A DNA stretch of 64,000 nt, taken from Candidatus Aminicenantes bacterium (GTDB lineage Bacteria; Acidobacteriota; Aminicenantia; S016-38). The stretch is taken from assembly GCA_026991555.1 (NCBI GenBank), contig JALXBI010000009.1, positions 8,984-72,983 of the forward strand, written 5' to 3'. The first letter of the stretch is position 1; each line of letters starts with the position of its first letter. Below are positions 46,106 to 55,837 of the stretch, piece by piece. The notes beneath the pieces were generated by a model. The model was not told the DNA's origin, ran no database searches, and saw only the letters and a list, made by a program, of their open reading frames with translations. The translations under genes and the position numbers were made by a program.

Positions 46106-46350
46106 GAAATGGCAAAGGTGATGGCCCAAAAGGAGGGGAAATGGTTCAATATCCCACCACCCCTCCCCTTCCTATAGGGGGCCCTCTTTTTCCTGCGATT
46201 CGGACCTGTCCCGTTTTTGGAATAAAAGCTAAACTCGGACCTGTCCCCACATGACATGAAAGAGATTTGAGTTTGAAATGGCGAAGGTGATGGCCCGAAA
46301 GGAGGAGGAAAAATGGTTTAATATTCCTCCACCCCTTCCTTTCCTATAGG
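46106..46350. repeat. Right-flank composite repeat: two ~70-nt copies of a mini-ORF element bracketing two tcggacctgtccc(c) copies
   Basis: Copy 1 at 46109-46177 and copy 2 at 46278-46349 are about 87% identical. tcggacctgtccc at 46200-46212 and tcggacctgtcccc at 46235-46248. Confidence 0.6.
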
Positions 46351-46395
46351 TGTCCCTTTTCTGCAGAAAATTATAAGAGGGAATAAGGATGCTGT

Positions 46396-47865
46396 CTAAT
46401 AATGGAGTTCAGGAAGGAAGGTGAGGTCCCCGTTGGGATATACCTCCACTCCCCTGAGTCCTTTCCTGTAAACGGCCACAGAGTCCGGATACCAGAGGGG
46501 AATGTAAACCACATCCCTTGCCACGATTTTCTGAATTCTTGAGAAAATTTCCTTCCGCTTTTCAAAGTCATAGGTTTTTTCCCCTTCCTCAATGAGCTTG
46601 TCCACCTCCGGATTGCTATACCCGCCCCTGTTGGCCCCGTTGGGAGGTGTGGACTTGGAGTGGAATACGAAACGGAAAATATCCGGGTCTGAGATTCCCA
46701 CCCACATCATAAAGTAAAGCTGAAAATCCCCCTTCACTACCTTAGAGTAAAAATAGGAAAATTCCCCGCAATTTATTTTAAGCTTAATGCCCACCTGGGC
46801 CAACTGGGATTTTAGAATCTGCGCCAGCTGGCGGGAAAGCCTCCTGGAAGCGCAGCTGAACTCTAAGGCGAGGTTCTGGTGGCCCGTTTCCCTTAGGAGC
46901 TTGACAGAAAGGGAAGGGGCATAATGGAAGGCAAAAACCCCCTTCTCATGCCATGGAAGGTATGGGGGTATTATGGTATTGGCCTCGGTGGCATATCCCC
47001 GAAGAAGGTTTTTTATTATCGCCCTGCGGTCTATGGCGTATCCTATGGCAAGTCTTATCCTCCTGTCCCTAAGGTATCTATCCCTGAGATTTATGCCTAT
47101 ATAGGCGAAATTACCCCCCTGCCTCCTCTTTATCACCAGGTTTTTTCCCCTGGATAGTTCGTAGAGGGTATCCGGGGAAAAGCCGTTTACCACAAGGTCC
47201 AGGTCTCCTCCAGTAAGCTCAAGAGCCCTGGTTACCTCGTCGGGAATTATTCTTACGAGAATGCCCGGGTTTTTTGCCACCCTCTGATAGGGATTTGGCT
47301 TCAGGAGAATTTCATCCTCGTATATTTTTGCCACGCAATAGGGACCGCTTCCCACAGGATGAGCCCCAAAATCCCCCCCGGCCCCCTCCGGAACGATTCC
47401 TAAGGTGGTGTTTATAAGAAAGGAGGAATAGGGTTTTTTCAGTCTGAAAACAACATCCTGTCCCTTAGCAAAGACATCCTCAATCATCCACAGGGAGCCC
47501 CTTCTTATGCTCCTTATTTTTCCCTCAAGGAGGGACCTATAGGTATAGACCACATCCTTCGGGGTTATTTCCTTCCCGTTGCAGAACCTGAGGTTTTTCC
47601 TTATTTTGAAAATAAAGGTTCTATCCCCCTGCCTGCGGTAGGATACTGCAAGGTCGGGAACCAGCCTCCCGTCCTTTGTTCTTTTAACCAGGCCACGATA
47701 CAGAACCTGATGGAGCCTCTGGGAGACCTGGTCTGTCCCCACCCTGGGGTCTAAGCTGGACGGGAAGTTTTCCAAGGCTATTTTCACCAGGTCGGTATTG
47801 GGTTTTTCCCTGGAGCAGAAAGGTAGAAATACTAAAAGAAAAAGGAAAAAACTCGCTTTCCTCAC
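46396..47865 (-). CDS. ABC transporter substrate-binding protein, family 5 (oligopeptide/dipeptide/nickel type)
   Basis: 489 aa. Signal peptide or lipobox-like N-terminus (FLPFCS), and SBP_bac_5-like N-terminal block (ENFPSSLDPRVGTDQVSQRLHQVLYRGLV). Confidence 0.75.
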   Translation of the reverse strand: MRKASFFLFLLVFLPFCSREKPNTDLVKIALENFPSSLDPRVGTDQVSQRLHQVLYRGLVKRTKDGRLVPDLAVSYRRQGDRTFIFKIRKNLRFCNGKEITPKDVVYTYRSLLEGKIRSIRRGSLWMIEDVFAKGQDVVFRLKKPYSSFLINTTLGIVPEGAGGDFGAHPVGSGPYCVAKIYEDEILLKPNPYQRVAKNPGILVRIIPDEVTRALELTGGDLDLVVNGFSPDTLYELSRGKNLVIKRRQGGNFAYIGINLRDRYLRDRRIRLAIGYAIDRRAIIKNLLRGYATEANTIIPPYLPWHEKGVFAFHYAPSLSVKLLRETGHQNLALEFSCASRRLSRQLAQILKSQLAQVGIKLKINCGEFSYFYSKVVKGDFQLYFMMWVGISDPDIFRFVFHSKSTPPNGANRGGYSNPEVDKLIEEGEKTYDFEKRKEIFSRIQKIVARDVVYIPLWYPDSVAVYRKGLRGVEVYPNGDLTFLPELHY

Positions 47866-50147
47866 TCTTCGGCGGTTATTTTGTAGTAATAATCCAGAAC
47901 ATGTAGGTGGTCTTCCTCACTGCAGAATTCCTTGGGCTCTGTGCCCGGTATAAAGGCCTCGTTTATGGTATGAAGGCAGAAGGGCATGGCCAGTTTTCCT
48001 GTATAGGAGTCAATTTTTACGAAGATTATGTTGGGGGGAACCTTGAAGTCCTCCACGGGTTTTCCCTCAAAATATTTCTGCATGAACTCCACCCATATGG
48101 GGGAAGCTGCCCTGGAGCCGGTTTCGTCCTTTCCCAGACTCTTTTTCACATCAAAACCCACCCAGACCCCGGCGGTTATGGTGGGAGAAAACCCTATGAA
48201 CCAGGCATCGGTGTATTCGTCGGTGGTTCCGGTTTTCCCACCCACGGGCCTGTGAAGCACCCTGGCCCTCCAGCCGGTTCCCCTCTGTATAACCCCTTCC
48301 AGAATGTAAGTCATCTGATAAGCCACCTCAGGGGAAAGGACCACATGGACCTTTTTGTGATGGGCTTCCAGAAGGTTTCCGTAGCGGTCCTCTATTTTCC
48401 TTATAAAATAGGGTTCTATCCTCACCCCGGAATTAGGGAAAACGGTAAAGGCTGAGGTCATCTCCAAGAGGGATACTTCAAAGGAGCCCAGGGCGATGGA
48501 AAGATAAGGCTTGAGCTCAGAGGTTATTCCGAATTTCCTGGCGTATTCAATTACCTTCTGTGGTGTAAGGGCGGCAACCAGTTTAGCGGTTACCACATTC
48601 CTGCTTTCCTCCAGACCCCTTCTCAGGGTAATCCATCCCTTGTAAACATGGTCGTAATTCTGGGGTTCCCATACTTCCCCGGTCCAGGGGTCCACGAAGC
48701 TAACAGGCTCGTCTATTATTATGGAGGCCGGGGTCCAGCCGTTTTCCAAGGCAGCGGCATAGATTATAGGTTTTATGGTGGAACCCGTCTGCCTTTTGGC
48801 CTGAATAGCGCGGTTGAACTCGCTCCTTTTGAAGGAATATCCCCCTACCATGGCCTTTATTTCACCGGTTCTCTGATCTATGGCTATGAAGGCCCCTTCC
48901 ACTAAGGGTTCCTGGTCTAAGGATAATTTCAGGCTATCGCCCTTCTTTTCCTCCACCTTAACCAGAATCACGTCTCCCCTTTTAAAAAGCCTTCGCAGTG
49001 AGGAGGCCCTGGTCCAGCGGGCATCACTTAAGTAAAGGGTTGATGTATATTTTCCTATTTTCACCTTAGCCTTATTTCTTTCCACTTCCAGCACCACGGC
49101 TGGATAGGAGTTTCCCTGTTCAATACCTTCCTTCCATTCTTCGGCCTGAAAATCTTCAGGGGAAAGTCCCTCCTTTAAAACATTTCTCGTGGGCCTTCTC
49201 CATCCCTGTCGCTTATCCAGGGCCTTTAGTCCATCCTTCAGGGCCTGCTCAGCCCATTGTTCCATTTTCACATTCATGGTGGTGTAAACCCTGAGTCCTC
49301 CCCTGTAGACCTTGTCAGCTCCGTATTTTCTTGCGATGTATTTCCGGACCTCCTCCAGAAAATAGGCCCCAATAATCCTCGCCTCCCTCTTTTTTATGTC
49401 CACCACATCTAAGGGTTTTTTCACCTCCTGCTCGTAGATTTCCCGGGATATGTAACCCTCTTCAGCCATTTCCTTAAGGATGCGATTTCTCCTTTTGAGG
49501 AGTTTGTCCGGAGCTACATACGGGGATAATCTGGCGGGGGAAGAGGGAAGGGCTGCCAGCATGGCGGCCTGGTGGGGCTCCAGTTCCCAAACATGTTTGG
49601 CGAAGTAGAACCTGGAGGCCGCTTCTACACCGTATATGCCGTGGCCTAAGTATATATTATTAAGGTAGAAGGTAAGAATCTGGTCCTTGGTGTATTTTCT
49701 CTCTATCTGGATTGCAAGGAGGAGCTCCTTAATTTTTCTCTTGAGGGTTTTCTTCCTGTTGAGAAAAAGCATTCTGGCCAGCTGCTGGGTTATGGTGCTG
49801 GCTCCCTGCACCGCCTTTCCCCGGGTTATGTCCACTATGATGGCTTTTATTATCCTTTTCGGTGAAAAACCGAAGTGGTGGTAAAAACCCTTATCCTCGG
49901 CTACCACAAAGGCCTTCTTCACCACATCGGGAATTTTCTCCGAAGGCACCACTATTCTCTTCTGCAGGGCAAATCCCCCGATTATGCTTCCGTCGTCAGC
50001 AAAGACCTGGGTGGTCTCGGCCAGTCTTGCCCTTTCCAGTTCCTCAATTTTGGGAAGGTTTCTACTATAGCTTAAAAGGACCCCTGTAAGGACGCCTACA
50101 ACAACCCCGGAGGCCACTGCTATGGTGAGATTCTTCCAGCTTCGCAT
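47862..50147 (-). CDS. mrcA: Class A penicillin-binding protein 1A (transglycosylase + transpeptidase)
   Basis: 761 aa. GT51 motifs (EDKGFYHHFG, GASTITQQLAR) and transpeptidase SxxK (STIKP), SxN and KTG(T) motifs. Confidence 0.9.
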   Translation of the reverse strand: MRSWKNLTIAVASGVVVGVLTGVLLSYSRNLPKIEELERARLAETTQVFADDGSIIGGFALQKRIVVPSEKIPDVVKKAFVVAEDKGFYHHFGFSPKRIIKAIIVDITRGKAVQGASTITQQLARMLFLNRKKTLKRKIKELLLAIQIERKYTKDQILTFYLNNIYLGHGIYGVEAASRFYFAKHVWELEPHQAAMLAALPSSPARLSPYVAPDKLLKRRNRILKEMAEEGYISREIYEQEVKKPLDVVDIKKREARIIGAYFLEEVRKYIARKYGADKVYRGGLRVYTTMNVKMEQWAEQALKDGLKALDKRQGWRRPTRNVLKEGLSPEDFQAEEWKEGIEQGNSYPAVVLEVERNKAKVKIGKYTSTLYLSDARWTRASSLRRLFKRGDVILVKVEEKKGDSLKLSLDQEPLVEGAFIAIDQRTGEIKAMVGGYSFKRSEFNRAIQAKRQTGSTIKPIIYAAALENGWTPASIIIDEPVSFVDPWTGEVWEPQNYDHVYKGWITLRRGLEESRNVVTAKLVAALTPQKVIEYARKFGITSELKPYLSIALGSFEVSLLEMTSAFTVFPNSGVRIEPYFIRKIEDRYGNLLEAHHKKVHVVLSPEVAYQMTYILEGVIQRGTGWRARVLHRPVGGKTGTTDEYTDAWFIGFSPTITAGVWVGFDVKKSLGKDETGSRAASPIWVEFMQKYFEGKPVEDFKVPPNIIFVKIDSYTGKLAMPFCLHTINEAFIPGTEPKEFCSEEDHLHVLDYYYKITAEE

Positions 50148-50229
50148 GGGAAATATTCTACCACAACCATGTTGACAAGGGAGGAAAATGCTTTTATATT
50201 TAGAATTGACAACCCAAGGAGGTAAGACT

Positions 50230-51945
50230 ATGAAAAAAAGGCTGACTCTGATTTTGGTTTTCGGGATTATCCTTCTAATTGCTTTGCCCGGATGTCAGGA
50301 GTTGAAGTGGAAGGATCATTTTAAAAGGGCCAATCAGTATTTTATGCAGAAGAAATTTAAAAAGGCTGCCATAGAATACGAAAAAGCACTGAAGTATAAT
50401 CCAGATCTTCTTCCGGCCCACTTCTTCCTGGCTACCTCCTATCAGAGCCTTTACCGTCAGGCCCTGGACAACGAAGTCTTCAGGAAGAGAGCTGAAAAAT
50501 CCGTTGTGGCCCTGGCCCTTAAGAAGGGTCTGGACCCGGATTTTGCTAAATTTCTCGCCAAGTTGGATACCGAGGATAAACTTCGGGCTGCTTATTACCT
50601 CCTTAAGGCCCAATGGTATCTTACCCCGGTAGAAAAGCACCTGGATATAAGCACCGATTCTACCTATAAAACCGACATCTATATAATAGGTAAAAACCTG
50701 TCCCCCAAGGAGCTTCTTAACTATTACGAGCAGAAATTCCAGGAGATGCTCCCTAAGTTAAAAAAGGAATTTGAGGAATACAAAAAGAAAATGGAGGAGG
50801 AAGCGAAGAAAAAGGCTGAGGAAGAGGCCAAAAAGGTGAAAAAGCCTGGAAAGAAAAGGAAGAAGGTTAAGGAAAATAAGGCTGAGGAGACAAAGAAGCC
50901 GGAGCAAACCCAGGAGGAAGAAGTTCCTCAGCAGGTTAAGAGGGAAGATGTGGGCTTTGCCATAAAATACATTGAAAATAGGCTCAGGATTCTCGGCGCC
51001 ATTAAGCACTATACCTATTACATGAACCATGTTAAGGACGAGAAAGAAAAGAAAAAGGCCATCCAGGCCCTTGCAGAGATATACGATAGGATAGGGGATT
51101 TTGCCAATGCGGAGAAGTATTACTTAGAATTTTTCGGTAAGAACCCTAAAAATCCTCAATATTACTATATCCTTGCCGAGTTTTACAATAAATACGGCAA
51201 ATACGATAAGGCCGAGGAATATTACAAGAAGAGAATAGAACTGGATCCAACCGACCCCGAGGGTTACCTCTACCTGGCCAATTTCTATTCCAATCAGGTG
51301 GGCAAACTTCCCAAGGAGAGTAAGAGGGAAATTTTCGTAAAGGCCATTGAGCTTATGGACAAGGCCATTAAAGCCCACGAGAAAAGATTGGAACTTATCC
51401 CTGAACCCAAGATCGTGAACGGTCAGAAAATAGCGGAGGTTCATCTTGATAAGCTTCCAGAGGGAATCCAATTTCCTGAGGAGCTTTCGGACAAAATAGA
51501 ATATGACCCTCAGAATAAGATCCTCAGGTTTAAAGGGACCATGACAGAGGCAGAGAGGGACCAGTTGCTCAAACTTTCCGACGATCCCGCATGGCAGAAG
51601 GCGGTGAAGCTGCTTTATCTCAGCTCCAATAAGGAAAAAGCTTATTACTACATGGCTGTGGTTTGCTGGGCCAAGAGTTACAACATAAGGAGGGTTATGA
51701 GCCTCAAGGACAGGGTGGCTACCCTGAAGAAGGGGCTTAAAGCTCTGGACAGGGCCCTGGAGTTGAATCCCGACTACGCAGAGGCCCATGTTTATAAAAA
51801 CCTCATATACAGAGAATTTGCCAAGGCCTATCCTGCAAAGAAGAAATATTACCTGAAGCTGGCAAAGAAGGAAATGGAGCTCTACAAGAAGATAATGGAG
51901 AGGAAAGCCGCCAAGAAAAAAGCCCTGGAAAGCCTTGGCTCCTGA
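50230..51945 (+). CDS. TPR-repeat lipoprotein with a Lys/Glu-rich low-complexity insert (hypothetical)
   Basis: Starts at the internal ATG at 50230 with RBS AAGGAGG. Lipobox LIALPGC. Multiple TPR-like YY.A..Y repeats. [14 protein letters not shown] low-complexity segment is encoded around 50780-50900. Confidence 0.5.
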   Translation: MKKRLTLILVFGIILLIALPGCQELKWKDHFKRANQYFMQKKFKKAAIEYEKALKYNPDLLPAHFFLATSYQSLYRQALDNEVFRKRAEKSVVALALKKGLDPDFAKFLAKLDTEDKLRAAYYLLKAQWYLTPVEKHLDISTDSTYKTDIYIIGKNLSPKELLNYYEQKFQEMLPKLKKEFEEYKKKMEEEAKKKAEEEAKKVKKPGKKRKKVKENKAEETKKPEQTQEEEVPQQVKREDVGFAIKYIENRLRILGAIKHYTYYMNHVKDEKEKKKAIQALAEIYDRIGDFANAEKYYLEFFGKNPKNPQYYYILAEFYNKYGKYDKAEEYYKKRIELDPTDPEGYLYLANFYSNQVGKLPKESKREIFVKAIELMDKAIKAHEKRLELIPEPKIVNGQKIAEVHLDKLPEGIQFPEELSDKIEYDPQNKILRFKGTMTEAERDQLLKLSDDPAWQKAVKLLYLSSNKEKAYYYMAVVCWAKSYNIRRVMSLKDRVATLKKGLKALDRALELNPDYAEAHVYKNLIYREFAKAYPAKKKYYLKLAKKEMELYKKIMERKAAKKKALESLGS

Positions 51946-51950
51946 AATCC

Positions 51951-53225
51951 ATGATAGATAGGGAAATCCTAAGAAGGGATCCGGAATTCGTAAAGGAGAA
52001 GTTAAGACAGAGGGGATACGAAATAGACCTTTCCCCTTTCTTTGAGTTTGACTCCAGAAGGCGGAGCATAATAAGGGAATTGGATGAGCTTCGCCGTCAG
52101 AGAAAGGAGCGTTCCCGCCAATACGGCAGTTTAAAGGCCAAGGGGATTGAGGACGAGGCCCTCAGGGAAGAGACCAGGAAGCTGGGGGAGAGGATAAAAG
52201 CCCTGGAGGAGGAGCTTCGGGAAATCGAGGAGAAACTCCACCAATTCCTCCTTAACATCCCCAATATTCCCCATTCTTCGGTTCCTGTAGGGGAGGACGA
52301 GAGGGACAATGTGGAGGTTCGTCGCTGGGGAAAACCCAGGGATTTCAGTTTCTCCCCTCTCCCTCACTGGGAGCTGGGAACCCGTCTGGGACTCTTTGAT
52401 TTCAAGAGGGCTGCAAAGATTGTGGGCGCCCGTTTTGCCATGAGCTACGGGCCCCTGGCAGCCATGGAAAGGGCCCTGGTGGCCTTCATGATAGATCTTC
52501 ACGCCTCCAGGGGCTACAGGGAAGTTCTTCCTCCTTTTATAGCCCACAGGGATTCGCTCATTGGCACCGGAAATCTCCCCAAATTTGAACAGGAGCTTTT
52601 CAAAATCGAAGGAAGGCCGTGGTACCTCATTCCCACCGCAGAGGTTCCCCTGACCAACATTTACAGGGACGAGATCCTGAGGGAGGAACAGCTTCCCATA
52701 AAACTGGTTTCCTACACCCCCTGTTTCAGGGCAGAGGCAGGGGCAGCAGGCCGGGATACCAAGGGACTCATAAGGCTCCACCAGTTCAACAAGGTGGAGC
52801 TTATGGTTTATTCAAAGCCCGAGGAATCCTATGACATTCTGGAGGCCCTTACCCGGGATGCAGAGGAAGTTCTGAGGAGGCTTGAACTTCCCTACAGGGT
52901 AGTGGCCCTCTGTACCGGGGACTTAGGCTTTTCCTCTGCAAAAACCTACGACATTGAGGTATGGATGCCCAGCTATGACAGGTATGTGGAAATTTCCTCC
53001 TGCTCCAATTTTGAAGCCTTCCAGGCCAGGAGGGCGAATCTCAAATTCAGGAGAGCAAATTCCAAAAGGACCGAATTCCTTCACACCCTGAACGGGTCAG
53101 GCTTAGCAGTGGGAAGGACTGTGGCTGCCATAATGGAAAACTATCAAAATCCCGACGGGACCATAACGATTCCTGAAGCCCTGAGGCCTTACATGGGAGG
53201 GCTGGAGCTAATAGGAGGGGAATGA
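51951..53225 (+). CDS. serS: Serine--tRNA ligase
   Basis: 424 aa. N-terminal coiled-coil arm and class II motifs ([34 protein letters not shown]). Confidence 0.95.
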   Translation: MIDREILRRDPEFVKEKLRQRGYEIDLSPFFEFDSRRRSIIRELDELRRQRKERSRQYGSLKAKGIEDEALREETRKLGERIKALEEELREIEEKLHQFLLNIPNIPHSSVPVGEDERDNVEVRRWGKPRDFSFSPLPHWELGTRLGLFDFKRAAKIVGARFAMSYGPLAAMERALVAFMIDLHASRGYREVLPPFIAHRDSLIGTGNLPKFEQELFKIEGRPWYLIPTAEVPLTNIYRDEILREEQLPIKLVSYTPCFRAEAGAAGRDTKGLIRLHQFNKVELMVYSKPEESYDILEALTRDAEEVLRRLELPYRVVALCTGDLGFSSAKTYDIEVWMPSYDRYVEISSCSNFEAFQARRANLKFRRANSKRTEFLHTLNGSGLAVGRTVAAIMENYQNPDGTITIPEALRPYMGGLELIGGE

Positions 53226-53240
53226 TAAAATATTCTTGAA

Positions 53241-53329
53241 GGAGGGATGGCCGAGTGGTTTAAGGCGGCGGTCTTGAAAACCGCTTCCCGGCGGGAGCCG
53301 GGACGGGGGTTCGAATCCCTCTCCCTCCG
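53241..53329 (+). tRNA. tRNA-Ser (anticodon TGA)
   Basis: Cloverleaf with 7-bp acceptor stem GGAGGGA/TCCCTCC, anticodon loop CTTGAAA, a long variable arm and T-loop GGTTCGAATCC. Lies 15 nt downstream of serS. Confidence 0.85.
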
Positions 53330-53350
53330 TTGGTTTTTCGTTTTCAGAAG

Positions 53351-54703
53351 ATGAAGATAGAAAATATAGTCTTTTTTCTTAGAAAATTCTTGGACACCTC
53401 CAGGACGGGCAGGTTGATTGTCGATAAGGACCACATAAGAAGGGAGTATTATTTTTTCAATTCACGGCTCATATACTCCGTCTCCAGTGCTCCGGATGAG
53501 AAGTTCGGCAACTTCGTTAAAAATTTCGGAATTCACCTTCAGGAAGACATAGAGAAACTCATTCACTCCGAGTATCAATCGAGGATAGGGAAAAGACTTG
53601 TGGAGCTCGGTTTTATAGACGAAAGGCTTCTCAATAGAATACTAATTCATCAGACCAAAGAGATTTTTATCTCCTCCATAAAACTCTTCAATGTGGAATA
53701 TAAGTGGGAAGAGAACCGGGAAAATCCCAATAAAGCCTTCAACGCCGACCTTCCGCTTCTTCCTGTTATACTTGAAGGGCTGAGAAGAATAGAGGATACC
53801 CGAAACATAAAATACATTATCAACGGAGAGCTTGAGGTCTCAGCTGCCTATCCCAGAGAATTTGAAAAATACCTGAGCGAGAAGGAGCTCAGAGCTTTGA
53901 GGATTCTTCAGGCCGGCACCCAGCCCAAGGCTTCGGACCTTAATTTGAGCGAAGATAAGTTTCTTAAGGTTCTCTTCACCCTTTATGCCCTGGGAATGGT
54001 GAAAACCCAGAAGGTTGAGGACCTTCTTGAGGAACTCAGAAGGTATTTTGCCCTGGTGGAGACCGCCGATTACTGGGAGATTTTAGGGGTTAGCAAAAAA
54101 GCCACCACCGATGAGATAAAAAGGGCATATTTTTCCCTTTCCAAGAAATTCCATCCGGACCGCTTTCCCAAGGAAAACCGCCAGGCCCAGGAAATGGCTT
54201 CCAAGGTGTTTCAGGCCATAAACGCTGCCTACGAAACCCTTATGGATCCGAGGAAAAGAGAGGAATACAGAAAGACCCTGGTTCAGGAAAAGCCTGCCAA
54301 GGAAAAGGAGCTTATAACCCCGGAACAGAGGTTCAAAGAAGGTAAAATAATGTTTAACAGAAAAAGATTTAAGGAAGCAGCCTACCTGTTTGATCTGGCC
54401 CATAGATTGGACCCTGAAAATGCCACCTATCTTTACTGGAAGGGAGTGGCTCTTTCCAGGATTGCAGGAAATGAAAAGGAAGCGGAGGAAGTTCTCCTTG
54501 AAGTTGCAGAGCGACAACCCTGGGACCCCAAACCTTTCCTGGTCCTTGCGAAAATGTATGCGGAAAGGGGCCTGAAAACCAAAGCCCTGAGTTTTGTAAA
54601 CAGGGCCCTTGCCCTTGACCCCGAGCATCCCACAGCTCTCAAGCTGAAAAACCTTCTTGAGGGTAGCAAGAAGAAAGGGCTTTTCGACTTCTTTAAAAAA
54701 TAA
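53351..54703 (+). CDS. J-domain (DnaJ-like) protein with N-terminal unknown domain and C-terminal TPR region
   Basis: Start taken at ATG 53351, because the TTG at 53330 abuts the tRNA. J-domain DYWEILGVSKKATTDEIKRAYFSLSKKFHPDR. C-terminal TPR-like repeats. Confidence 0.6.
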   Translation: MKIENIVFFLRKFLDTSRTGRLIVDKDHIRREYYFFNSRLIYSVSSAPDEKFGNFVKNFGIHLQEDIEKLIHSEYQSRIGKRLVELGFIDERLLNRILIHQTKEIFISSIKLFNVEYKWEENRENPNKAFNADLPLLPVILEGLRRIEDTRNIKYIINGELEVSAAYPREFEKYLSEKELRALRILQAGTQPKASDLNLSEDKFLKVLFTLYALGMVKTQKVEDLLEELRRYFALVETADYWEILGVSKKATTDEIKRAYFSLSKKFHPDRFPKENRQAQEMASKVFQAINAAYETLMDPRKREEYRKTLVQEKPAKEKELITPEQRFKEGKIMFNRKRFKEAAYLFDLAHRLDPENATYLYWKGVALSRIAGNEKEAEEVLLEVAERQPWDPKPFLVLAKMYAERGLKTKALSFVNRALALDPEHPTALKLKNLLEGSKKKGLFDFFKK

Positions 54704-55783
54704 TCACCGGTCTCCGAAGCTTATCCCCACTGACCTGGCTACCTGAACCAGCTCGTTGTCGGGGGTTACCCTTCTGGGATTGTCCACAGCTTCCTGTAGA
54801 GCTACCAGCTTAATTTCATTTCCCTTCAGAGCTACCAATTTTTCGTTTTCCCCTTTAGCCGCCGCTTCAACAGCAGCACGGCCGAACCTGGTGGCAAGAA
54901 TACGATCAAAGGCGGTGGGAGAGCCTCCCCTCTGTAAATGTCCCAGGATAGTGTATCTTGCTTCAAGGCCCACAAGTTTCTGCAGGCCTTCTGCTACCAC
55001 CCTTCCCACCCCTCCCAGTCTCATGGGCTGGGTGGGGTCGTCGACCTTCATCATGTATATCTTTTTGCCCCCTAACTTTGCCCCCTCTGCCACCACTACT
55101 ATGCTGAACCGCTTTCCCATACGTTCCCTTTTCTCAATGGCCTTAGCGGCGTTCTCTAAGGTGAAATCAATCTCAGGGATAAGAATTATATCTGCCCCTC
55201 CGGCCAGGCCCGCGTGGAGGGCTATCCAGCCTGCATCCCTTCCCATGACTTCCAGAACCATTATCCTGTGATGGCTCTCCGCCGTGGTGTGGAGCCTGTC
55301 CACCGCCTCAGTGGCCACAGATCGGGCAGTATCAAAACCAAAGGTCTGGTCCGTTCCCCCAAGGTCGTTATCTATGGTTTTTGGCACCCCTATAACTTTA
55401 AGCCCCTTCTTTGCCAGACCCATGGCTATGGCCTGGGTTCCATCGCCTCCCACGGTTATAAGAAGATCAATTCCGCGCCTTGAAAGGTTTTCTATCACCT
55501 TATCCGATACGTCCTTTATCCCATCAGGGGTTCTGTATTTGAAGGGATTATCCCTGTTTGAGGTCCCGAGGATGGTTCCACCCCTGGGGAGAATACCGCT
55601 TACGTCCTCCAGGGTGAGGGTTTTTGCCATGTCTTCCACGGCTCCCTTGAATCCGTCCAGAAACCCTACCACTTCAAATCCGTATTGAAATACCGCTGTT
55701 TTTACCACGGCCCTTATAACTGCATTCAGGCCCGGACAATCGCCTCCTCCGGTAAGAATTCCCAATCTCATTTTTACCTCCAT
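54704..55783 (-). CDS. pfkA: 6-phosphofructokinase
   Basis: 359 aa. GILTGGGDCPGLNAVIR, GGDGT and MGR (VLEVMGRDAGWIA) motifs. Confidence 0.85.
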   Translation of the reverse strand: MEVKMRLGILTGGGDCPGLNAVIRAVVKTAVFQYGFEVVGFLDGFKGAVEDMAKTLTLEDVSGILPRGGTILGTSNRDNPFKYRTPDGIKDVSDKVIENLSRRGIDLLITVGGDGTQAIAMGLAKKGLKVIGVPKTIDNDLGGTDQTFGFDTARSVATEAVDRLHTTAESHHRIMVLEVMGRDAGWIALHAGLAGGADIILIPEIDFTLENAAKAIEKRERMGKRFSIVVVAEGAKLGGKKIYMMKVDDPTQPMRLGGVGRVVAEGLQKLVGLEARYTILGHLQRGGSPTAFDRILATRFGRAAVEAAAKGENEKLVALKGNEIKLVALQEAVDNPRRVTPDNELVQVARSVGISFGDR

Positions 55784-55837
55784 TTTCTATGTAGTAGAAT
55801 TTTATTCCAAAAGAGTTCTTTAAAAAAGGAGGTCATT

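Noticed and set aside
44519-46248. Possible CRISPR array formed by the tcggacctgtccc(c) repeats
   Set aside because: The repeat is only 13-14 nt. There are two copies per side with irregular spacers of about 62 and 22 nt. Copies are split by a protein-coding gene and no cas genes are nearby. This is inconsistent with a CRISPR array.
54704-55783. PPi-dependent phosphofructokinase, suggested by the nearby H+-pyrophosphatase
   Set aside because: The GGDGT motif, with Gly at the discriminating position, fits ATP-dependent PFKs better. Specificity cannot be assigned from sequence inspection alone, so I left the call as a generic 6-phosphofructokinase.
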